From Euprymna scolopes (Eukaryota): a DNA stretch of 64,000 bases. Of the stretch, positions 53,471 to 64,000 are shown piece after piece (within the stretch, counting starts at the first letter, position 1; each line of letters starts with the position of its first letter). The position numbers and the translations under genes are program-made. Below the pieces are notes generated by a model. That model saw only the letters and a program-made list of their open reading frames with translations, did not search any database and was not told where the DNA came from. The DNA lies in NCBI GenBank assembly GCA_053919585.1, contig CM132783.1; one strand, written 5' to 3'.

Positions 53471-55267
53471 CTTCTATTACACCAAATCGAGCCACAGAAA
53501 CGCGTGGCAGGGTACAACTAGTTATCATAATAAAATCATCCCATATATCACTACTAGGATTGACACGATGCAGTTTTCCATACAATCCTCTCGATCCTTA
53601 CCAAATACTTTTAGGGGGTAATTTTGTATCTGGTGATGAAGATATTATTATGCAAAGAATTGTCCTCTTTCCTTCTTGTGTTTTATTTTAATACTTCGTG
53701 CAACTTTCCAGAAAGACCCGAATGCTATTTTAAGATGAAAGGTTATAAGTGAGAATAAGATGGTGAGATATGATCGGCAACACTGGAACTTGAGCATGAC
53801 TTAATTATTTAAGATGAAACAATAAAATAACACTTATAAAATGAAAAAAAGTACAGTTGACGAGATCTACACAAAACAAGGCGATTTGATGAAACAATTT
53901 GTAAAACAGGTAAACAACATCCAAGGGAATAACAAATTTAGCTTCTAAACACAAAAGAACTGAGACCGTAAACAATAATATACATGACTGTGATACATTG
54001 GCCAAAATTCAATACACATTTTGAGGGGATTGTTTGATTAATATAATAGGCCAAGTAATTTCAAGCCTGCAATAAAGCATATGTAGTTAAACCGTAAGAT
54101 GGGGCAGTATTGAAAGTAAAATGGAAGATATTTTGCAAACATAACCCCTATCTCATATTTGTAAAATGATGTAACGAAATTACAATTAACACAGAGGATC
54201 AGCTTATTAAAGTTATATTTTAGAATAAAAAGAAATAACGAAAATAAAAAAAAAGATTAAAAACATGATGAAGCAAATAAGATAAATACAAAGAGATAAA
54301 GATGTAAAAAGACTCAATTTTAGGAAACGCGAGAAAAGAAATAAGGCATTGACGAAATGTACAAACTAAAGATAAAAAGAAACAAAATTAAAGGAAACGA
54401 CTTAAAGATAAGGAGGCATAGATATAGAAAAGAAACACACTAAAAAAAAACAACTAAAAAGAAAGCAAAATAAATCAAATAAAAAAGAACGAATTTAAGC
54501 AAAAAGAAAACGTGAATTAGAAAAGCTGTGACAATGAGGAAAGTGTTTAGGAAATAGAAAAATCCAAAAATAAAACATGTAGAAATAAGAACTAAACAAA
54601 TAAAAAAAAATGAAACGTAAAAGAACGTAAAAGAGAAAAATAAGAGAAAGTATAAACAACTTGAAAGAAATAAAAATAAAAAGAGTGAAATAATGAATGT
54701 TTGGAAATGGTGGGAGAGAAATGTATAATTTTGCAAAGAGAAGAGTAGGAGAAAGGACCAAAAGAACAAATAAATAAAGCGTATTAACTTATCGAAATAT
54801 ACAAATCTAAAAGGTAGGAAAGTCGGGGAAAAGATGGATATAGAGAAAAAAGGAAGAACGCAAGGCGAGGCTAAATCTGAAGCAAGAACACTAAAAAGTA
54901 AACGAGAGAAAGATAACGGACAGCGGGGCAGAACGAAAGAAGGTTTTGATTGAAGGCATTTAAAAAATTTTAAAAATGTTCTGCTTATTTAATAGCAAAT
55001 CTTGTCATCTTCGTTAAACTGTTTATACTCTATTTTTCTCATATCCACAAATATTTATTAATTAATCGGGTTAATTATTTTCATAGAAAAAAAAACGTTG
55101 TATTTATTTTTGACTTTACAGATTATTACTAAATTTTCTGAAAAGAAACAGATCACATCAAAGTTTTGTGCATATCAAATCAGGATGCAAGTATCTACAG
55201 ACATCCTCATCACTAATCAGGAAGCTCCAGAAGAGAATAAAAACTCTCTCTCTCTCACACCCACACA

Positions 55268-55269
<2 letters not shown>

Positions 55270-55347
<78 letters not shown>

Positions 55348-55394
55348 TATATATATCTGTGAATTTGTGTGTGTGTGTGGATGTATGCGTATGC

Positions 55395-55477
<83 letters not shown>
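55270..55477. repeat. Compound (TA)n/(TG)n microsatellite, representative of many in the window
   Basis: Directly visible; similar tracts at 988, 1156, 3003, 4025 (AAT/AAG), 11797, 14834, 19347, 43197, 43805, 51320, 55718, 55852, 60185, 62366. Confidence 0.95.
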
Positions 55478-55480
<3 letters not shown>

Positions 55481-55712
55481 ATCCGAAACAGCCATATATG
55501 CAACTTACTGGTTTAAAAAATAATAAATATAAAAAATATTATTTGTTTACATATAAATAACAAAAAAAATGGGCGATTTTCTAAAAAAAAAAAAGAAAAC
55601 GATCTCCAAAATGGAGACGCTAACCATATTATCGTTTGAAAAAAATCAATAACAAAAGCTCTTTCTCCCTCTCTCTTTCTCTCTATCCCTCCCTCCTTCC
55701 CTCTCTCTCTCT

Positions 55713-55766
<54 letters not shown>

Positions 55767-55849
55767 TACCGTTTCATCTGTTTAGTTACACATGCTTGGA
55801 TTATCGAATCGTATCAACGATCGGATAACTTTATCAGACTTTACAGGAA

Positions 55850-55899
<50 letters not shown>

Positions 55900-57089
55900 G
55901 GTGGGTGTGTGTGTGTGTTTGTGTGTGTGGGTGTATGCATGTATAGACATATATATAGAGATAGATAGAGAGATAGATAGATAGATAGATAGATAGATAA
56001 AAACTTGAAATATAGAATGAGAAAAAGACTGGACGAGAATGAGAGCGAGAATGAGAGAGAGCGAGAAAAGGGCGATAATGGAATTAAATAGAAAGGGAGA
56101 ATAATACAAAGAAAGAAAACAAAAATTTGGCGGAAGTAAATTGCCGAAAGAAAAATGGCGTTAACCAATACAGACATGTCAGCGGGATCGACTTTCGTGT
56201 TCCAAACAGCTGCAGTTTCCGCTTGCTTCACTGTTAACACGGCTAGATACGAAATTGTGAGATTATACGTAAAAGGCCGGGCTATGCCACGATGGACAGC
56301 TTAGCAAATTAAATTAAAATAAGGAATGTGCGTGTGTATGGAGATATTTACAGATTGAATATATCTGCTGGATTTTGAAAGTGCACACAGCTGATAAATG
56401 CCCGGGTTTATAAAACATGTCTACTATCACATGCTAACCTAAAAAGGAAATTTGAGAATATTTTGTATCATTCGTCAATAAATCATATTCTCTTGTCAGC
56501 GAAAGACGACTGAGAGTTCATCTCTATAAAAATATAGTCTTACTTGTTTTTATTTTTTTGCTAAAACACTACAATTATAACACTATCAGCCGGCCATTGG
56601 CGTGTCTGGCTTCATACTAAATGTCTTAGAAACGGCCCCATAAAGATGTGAATATGGGGCAGTCATTAGTGCGTGTGTATCAAGAAGAAAAGAATACCTG
56701 AGTGTTGGATATAGGTGTGGCTTCTTTTTCTCCCAGGAAACGTCTTGACTTTTGGTGGCATTCGGGTTGGAGTCTTCCTTTTCCTCAAGGCAACTTCATT
56801 CTTTAATGAAGAAATTTATGGCAGACACAAAAAAACGACACGCGATAAAATTGGAAATATATTATATAATCTCAACTATTTATTTTACAAACAAATATAT
56901 TACAATACAATATACAATTTACATATCTTACAATTATTGAAGTAACTATGCTTAACTAGTGTTGAAGGGGAGGGTGTCCCCTCTTGTTTACAGAGGGACA
57001 GAAATATGCGTGCTTACCCCATGTTGTCACGACGAAAAAGAGGTTGATAGAGGAAAATCAATTCTGGGCTGCATTTCTGTGTATCTCTA

Positions 57090-57950
57090 CGCTTATGGTC
57101 AAATTCCTAAGTAAGAGAAAAATCCAAGTTGTCCTCGACGGTCCTACATCTAAACAATGTGATATAAATGCGGGAGTACCTCAGGGGTCTGTCCTTGGAC
57201 CTTTATTATTCCTGATATTCATAAATGACTTCCCTGATAAAAGTTTCGGAGATGGGTTTACTTGCCGATGACACCACTCTCTATAACAGGCATGAGGGGA
57301 AAACAAATGAACACATATCTAAGCAAATGGCAGAAACACTAGAGGATGACTTCCAATCTGTAGTGGAATGGGGACAAAAATTAATTGTCACATTCAATGC
57401 TGCCAAGACTAAGCTTGTTTCCTTCAATAATAACAAGAAATCTTCTCTACCACCAATAGCAATGGTCAAGAACACATTGCCTGAAAGTACTTCTTTTAAA
57501 CTCCTCGGCCTAACGTTTACAGAGAATATGAACTATAATAGATACATTGTGAGCATTGCCAAGGCTGCTGCAAAGAAGGTGGGATCTCACTATCGTGCTA
57601 GAAAATTACTTATGCCTGAAAGTATCATGTACCTCTATAAGGCCACCATTCGCTCATGTATAGAGTACAGTTGTCACATTTGGGCTGGTGCTTCTACTGT
57701 TTGTCTCTAACTCCTGGACAGGATTCAAAAGAGAGTCACCAATCTGATAGGTCCTGAACTGTCATCTAGGCTTCAGCCTCTGTCCCATCGACGAGATGTT
57801 GCATCCATCTGCCCGTTCTACAAATATTTAATGGTGAATGCTCTGACGAACTGCAAACACTTGTCCCTCCTCGACGTGACTACCCCCGACAAACCCGCCC
57901 TTTTACAGTAGAGATCCCTAGGTGTAAGAAAGACTTTTACTCCAATAGAA
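57090..57950 (+). mobile_element. CR1/Zenon-like LINE 3' relic (different subfamily)
   Basis: AGVPQGSVLGPLLFLIFIND, LADDTT, YKATIRSCIEYSCHIWAGA, HRRDVAS..GECSDEL. Confidence 0.85.
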
Positions 57951-57959
57951 AGTACTCGT

Positions 57960-59153
57960 GGTAAATCACTTTTTAATTTAGATCGACATATCTCGGCCCA
58001 AAGAATAAAAAATATTGATGGGAATAAACACCATCACAATCAACATACCTTAGCAAACGCAAAACACGTGTATTTATGCCAATATCGTAGAAATATTGCG
58101 TTCTGTAGGCGATGAAGTCGCTGAAGGTTTTTGTAATATCGGTTCGGTTTTTTAAGTATTTCTAACGCAGAAAGTTATCGAGATGTGTGGAAAAGTTGTA
58201 ATCGGTAAGCATGTGTGATGAAGCACAATTTCATAACCTAATTTTTTATATATCTCAGGGTCAATTTAACAACGTGCACTCAGGTATTGTGGATGAGAAT
58301 AAAGGTTTTCTGTTTACTAATACTGGATGTTGTTTGCTAAGATTCTGATGTATTTTATCAAGGTGTTTACAGTACTTTACCGCTGTGATGATTTCGCCTG
58401 CATTAAAAAAATTGTAATGTAAGAGACCGGCACCAGACCACAAACAATCAACATTACGTTCCTTTAGTGAAACTCCCTGCTTCAAGAAGTGTTGTGAAAC
58501 TTCGTTGACCACTAATTCCTGAACTGATCATCGCTGGTTTTCGTAAAGCCACAAGCCGATCTAGAAACGGTTCGTTCTAGTTGCATAAAAGAAGCGAAGA
58601 TTACAATTCATAATGACGTTTATTTTGATTGTCATTATCAATTTTTTTTCCATTATCCGTCAATTGGTTGGAAATCGTCGTATACGTTACGTCTAATCCA
58701 GAAACAATTTCTTGAACAGATGTGCGTGGTTGGAGTCTAAATTGATCTTTGTCAAAATCCGATGACCGATCACCATCTTTATAACCTTCAAATCTCTGGT
58801 CGCCGCCATGAAATTCCTTAAATAACCATTGTGCTGGCCGTCCATTAATAGTTCTTGGGCTAAACGCTTCGTTGATATCGCGAGCTTTTTCAGCAGCTAA
58901 TTTCAATTATAACTAATTAGTTATAATTGAAATAAAAAAAAATGTGCGAATTTGTTTCTTTTCTATCTTGTATTTATATTCTGACAAGAAGACATAATTG
59001 TTTTAAACGATTGTAATCAAAACGATTAAATAGGGTCGAAAATGTTATTTAAAACGATATATAAATTTAAAATAAAATAACGAATGTATATTTGAAAATA
59101 CATAATTTGAAATCCAATTTTTTTAAATCCGAAAAACTTTCTTGTTCACCTCA
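57960..59153 (-). mobile_element. mariner relic
   Basis: AAEKARDINEAFSPRTIN..AQWLF, WSGAGLLHYNFFNAGEIIT..KYC, VDCDG; TIR-like ta|tgaggtgaacaagaaagtt at ~59153. Confidence 0.8.
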
Positions 59154-60183
59154 TAGCTTAACGTACGACGTATGATTTGTTTGTGAGTGGTATATAATGT
59201 TCTTTTAAGCATGGTTTTATTGGCCCCGATAAAAAGAATGTTTTTACAAGAAGAATATTAAGTAAAATTTGATAGTTTGAATGATTTTTGTAGATATGTT
59301 CACTAGGACATCTTATTACCATAAACAGTCCTTTAGAACTTGAGACACGATTTCTATGTAATTCTCCTGTTGTTACGTAAGGAAACCATTTTTTTTTCAT
59401 TTTTACGTACATTTTTATTTGAAATCTTGAGTAGATAAGTTATTTATTCTATAATTTTGTTTTTAATCATAAATTCTTTAGTAACCGCTAATCATAGCAA
59501 TTCGTATTTTTGAAAAGTGCTACATAATGAATATGAAAATAGTAAACCGTAAATGCATGAATAAATCTAACATCTTATATTATATATCTTGTGAATTTAC
59601 TTGAACGGAAAGCCGAATTAAAATTTACGATTAAGCTGAAACGTTTTATTTGTCATAATTTTTATTAACGCTTGTATATGATATTTTGAATTAATGTTTG
59701 ACAGACCATATGTCACGCAGAGTTTACGAAAAGGAATTGAGACAGTGGATAAAATGTTGACGGAAAAGTTTATCATTAAGCGTGACAATGGTTTAGAGAG
59801 ACAAAAACTATTATGATAAATGGTACATTTGTAAAATGATTACAATTCCAGTAACTTCTTCTGCAAGAACTCTAAGTTTGTAGAAGCTTTCTTTCTGAGT
59901 GTTGTTCTCTTGCTCATTATATTCTCATTTCAGAACTAAGACCAATGGTGATTACCTGTTTTTTCTTTTAATAGTTATCAGCTTTTGTTCCGTTAAAACT
60001 TTAAATCAAGTGGTTTCACGCATTGTCGATAGCATTTTCCATAAAAGTATAATTTGGTTTAATTGATGTAATGATTTAGTATTTAATTAAAGATTTTATT
60101 GATGGTATTTGGAGGATGGTTTCTAAATATGTGTTGTGTCAAAATATTAATTTAAACATTAGTCAGTTTCTAGAATAAGATAG

Positions 60184-60224
<41 letters not shown>

Positions 60225-61185
60225 ATAAACCTATGTAAGAACTGAGCCAGTATGTTTCGCTCATCGCACAGCCTATATTCTAATAGAAAAGCGTGTAAGT
60301 ATTGCCTCACTTATACTTACCTGTTTGTAACGGCATGCCATCTTAACAGGAATACGTCTACATTGCGGGATTTCAGCGAATTAAAGTGTCTGTTTATAAT
60401 CACTCCTAGACAGACCGTATTTTGGGAACATAAAACAGTACTAATATATCACATATAAGATTTCAAAACACAATTAGCTCAAGAGTTTCTAACTCATTTA
60501 CAGAACGACGAGAATTTAGATTGAATTACGTATTTGTGAAAAAACACCCGTTTGCTTAAAAGACTAACAAGATTGTATCCAATGTAAACAATGGTAAATA
60601 ATGTTGATCTAAGGGCTTGAACCAGTCGCCGTATCTGTATTTGCAATTCAATAACATCTTACTTCCTTGGTCTATATATTTCCTTTTCATAATATTTTGT
60701 CTTGTTTTCGAAATTTAATACCAATCTGCTTTTAAAAAGAACAAACAATTTTGTACGCGAATCATCTGTCTTAACAGTTTTTTATACAAATTGAAACCAG
60801 AAAATAGGGTTCAATTTACATCGTAGCTATTGAGTTACTATACTAAAACCCTGTGAAAAATATCAATATCTACAATATTAGACTTTTAACTGAAATGCGT
60901 GTATCATTAAAACACCTACTGGATACGACGAAAAAATACGAAAACACCTACGGCGAATCTGAATCACGAACGATTTACTAACTAATAGGGAGAAAAATAT
61001 AGGAACACAATCTATTATTAGCTTCAAGTTGACTCAAAAATAATGAATTGCTCATAAAACCTAGTCAGTTTCTTTTGCTGTACCTCACTTCACTAATTTA
61101 ATTAAAACACAAGAAAAGAACAGTGCCCGTTGTAATTCAGATATATAATAAGCTCGATATGCAAATATCCTAGAGTTACTTTAAT

Positions 61186-62362
61186 ATTTAGTAATGTGAT
61201 TGATAATTTACAATTCTAATTAGAATTAACAATTAAAAATCTGTTTTATAAGAAGGAACAGCAACAAAGTCAATAATTTGTACGGTCGTTTCGGAAACGA
61301 TGTTTTTTATTGTGATAGACATTAAGTCACTGACAATAATTTTTACATATAGTTTTTTTAAACAAAGTCTCCTCCTCAGCAAAAGTATTGGGTGGGGTGT
61401 TCTATATGCAAAAGACACCATAAATAAACCTAGCAATTTTTAAGTAAGGCAGATGTATCTGGAAAAAGATAAAATAAAACAGAACATATTTACTTGATAC
61501 GAAAAGTAATATTAGTTGAGAATAAAAAATAGAATAAAATTATAAATCTGAATTTGGTTTAAATATAAGGTTATAATAATATGTTTTAATAAAAGTTAAG
61601 AATTATATATATATATATATAGATATATATAATTCTTAACTTTTATTAAAAACATATTATTATAACTGTTGTGGTGGCACCCACTCATTTACATATGTGG
61701 ATAATATTACACATAAATAACAAGACTCGGTAAGTCTGAGGGTGTGTTAACCAGAAGCCACCGAAGACCGAGCCGAGAGCAGATATGTTCTCCCGCCAAG
61801 ACTCTCTTACATGACAACCATTATTCAAATATACTGTAAATATACTTTTCCTAATACACTTCTTATTGATCTACCTTTGTTTTTTTTTTTTGAGTCTTCA
61901 TTTGTATTGCCTTATACGTTATTTGGTTCAACCTGCAAACATAAGAGTTGGCGACGAAGATTATCGTCAAACATAACAATAACCTTATATTTAAACCAAA
62001 TTCAGATTTATAATTTTATTCTATTTTTTATTCTCAACCCATATTAATTTTCTTATCAAGTAAATATTTTCTTTTCTATTTTATCTTTTTCCATATACAT
62101 CTGCCTTACTGAAAAATTGCTAGGTTTATTTATGGTGTCTTTTAAATATAAAAAAACACCCAATACTTTTGCTGATGAGGAGACTTTGTTTAAAAAGAAC
62201 TATATGTCAAAATTATTGTCGTGGCTTAATGTCTATCACAATAAAAATATCGTTTCCGAAACGACCGTACAAATTATTGACTTTGTTGTTGTTCCTTTTT
62301 ATGAAACAGATTTTTAATTGTTAATTCTAATTTGAATTTTAAATTATCAATCACATTACTAA

Positions 62363-62364
<2 letters not shown>
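61186..62364. repeat. Large AT-centred palindrome (foldback), arms ~420 bp
   Basis: 61186-61570 is the reverse complement of 61984-62364; 61570-61605 is the reverse complement of 61630-61666; centre is (TA)n. Confidence 0.9.
61667..61978. mobile_element. Solo LTR or deleted LTR retrotransposon (312 bp)
   Basis: TGTTGTG...CATAACA termini; 5-bp TSD ATAAC (61662-66 / 61979-83); absent from the opposite palindrome arm. Confidence 0.85.
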
Positions 62365-62426
<62 letters not shown>

Positions 62427-62696
62427 GGTATTAAATATATTTATGACAATTTACACGGAGTCGTCAGCACTTAATATATGAATCGTTTACTCGGCTGGTG
62501 ACCTGACAATTCCCTGTTTAGCTTAATTGTCATCAATATATATTCATGCATATATTTTGCACTATTATAGCAAGTGCACTGGGTGTTTTATTTATGTCGC
62601 TTTCAAGGTGGAAGACTTATAGTGATTTGAAAACTATACAAAAACTCGTTCAGACTGAAATTCAAGATGGAATTCAAAGTTGCCTCGATGGAAAAA

Positions 62697-64000
62697 TCTG
62701 TCTATCTATTATATATATAAAGGTGAACGTGTATGTGTGTGTATCTGTGTGTGTGTGTCTGTGTGTGTACATTTCCTTAGGCAATAACTCTGTCAATTTT
62801 AAGTCTACAGACCTGAAATTTGATACACTAGGTAGTGAGATTTGGGAAAATAGATGTGATCGGTTTTAGCCAGAAATTTGGCGATTAAGGGTTCAATGAT
62901 TCACCTTTGAGAGCTCTACCAACTCCTCCGACAATTTTTGGTCTAAACACTTGGAATTTTAGATATAGGTTAATTGGACATGGAGCTAACTTAATAACTG
63001 AATGTGAACCCAAATCAATATACTTTAAGGGGTTATAATAGTGGTCAAAATTTAAAAAATTGACCACTTTTTTTTTTGCTCAACATACATCTCCAAATAC
63101 CCGGGCAACGCTGGGAACCCATGCTAGTATAGCTATAAAAGTGAAGGTGGCTGTGCGTGTCTGTTTGTGTGTCTGTCTGTGTACATTTCCCTACGCGATA
63201 ACTCTGCCATTTTAAGTCTACAGACTCGAAATTTGATATGCAGGGTACTGAGATTTGAGAAAAATCTTTGTGATCAGTTTTCAGACAGAAATTTAGCTGT
63301 TAAATGATCCACGTTCAACGATTTGAGTTTTGAGAACTCTACCAAACTCCTCCGTCAATTTTGGGGCTAAACACTTGAAATTTTGGATATAGGTTCCTTT
63401 GACATAACTTTATTTCAGCCCAAAACAATAAATTTTAAGGGGTCATAATAGGGGTCAAAGTTTTAGAAATTGACCGCATTCTTTTTTTTTTTTTAGCTCA
63501 ACATACTCGTCCAAACACCCGGGTACGCCGGATGAAATGCGAGTATATCTATAAAATAAAAGTGTCTGTCTGTCTGTCTGTCTGTGTGGCTGTCTGTGTA
63601 CATTTCCCTACACAATAACTCTGTCAATTTTCAGTCTACACACTCGAAATTTGATATAAAGGTTAGTGAGATTTGGGAAAATCTTTGTAATCCGTTTACG
63701 GCCAGAAATTTGGCTGGTAAAGGGTCAAAGTTCAACGATTTGACCTTTGAGAACTCTACCAAATTCCTCTGCCAATTTTAGGCATAAACACTTGAAATTT
63801 TAGATATAGGTTCCTTGGGCGTAGATCTAACTTAATAACTTGATTTGAGTCCAAAACAATAAATATTAAGGGGTCATAATACGGTTCAATTTTGTTTAAA
63901 TGTGACTTTTTCGGTCTCTACCAAATTACTCGGACAATTTCTGGTGTAAACATTTGAAATTTTGCATAAATGGTATTCAGAGATATGGCAAGTGTTTTGA
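62697..64000 (+). mobile_element. Head-to-tail array of ~420-bp non-autonomous Helitrons (at least 3 units)
   Basis: Each unit: tataaaag(g)tg + (gt/ctgt)n + gtacatttccc..ataactctg; ends hairpin cccgggcaacgctggg + CTAG (63127) and cccgggtacgccgg + CGAG (63543); third unit runs off the window. Confidence 0.85.

Noticed and set aside
54200-54960. Phe/Leu-rich membrane-like ORFs (54440-54769)
   Set aside because: Antisense reading of a low-complexity purine-rich tract
55098-55764. ORFs rich in YI/VC/LL/NN runs (also 1094, 3858, 11779, 43049, 51204)
   Set aside because: Translations of (TA)n, (TG)n and (AAT)n microsatellites, not genes
56150-56305. Short GC-richer open stretch (MALTNTDMSAG...)
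   Set aside because: No motif or splice signals; may be regulatory but cannot be supported from sequence alone
61233-62317. Two similar small ORFs MLGLFMVSF... on opposite strands
   Set aside because: They are simply the two palindrome arms; non-ATG starts and differing frameshifts

Overview
AT-rich animal (probably invertebrate) genomic scaffold with five N gaps, made almost entirely of transposon relics and microsatellites; no host protein-coding gene can be supported. The main feature is a divergent pair of Helitrons of one family. Copy A (26487-34905, minus) is full length, with a 5' TC, a 3' hairpin, a TATA/Inr promoter, a 5'-UTR intron and a disrupted Rep-Pif1 gene. Copy B (43652 to ~48600, plus) has lost 3.9 kb covering the promoter and Rep. 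Both copies carry a duplicated piece of their own Rep downstream of the helicase. Each also carries an independent, TSD-flanked, antisense insertion of the same small structured-RNA-like retroposon (GNRA/UNCG-capped hairpins, possible 3' pseudoknot), which is the most novel-looking item. Also present: a DD37E (TRT-type) Tc1 with ~200-bp TIRs, maT/DD37D and mariner relics, four CR1/Zenon-like LINEs (one nested in an R4/Dong-like element), Penelope-like relics with hammerhead motifs, a 5S-derived sequence, a ~1.2-kb AT-centred palindrome split by an LTR remnant, and a head-to-tail array of non-autonomous Helitrons whose junctions suggest self-nesting. All alignments and identities were judged by eye.
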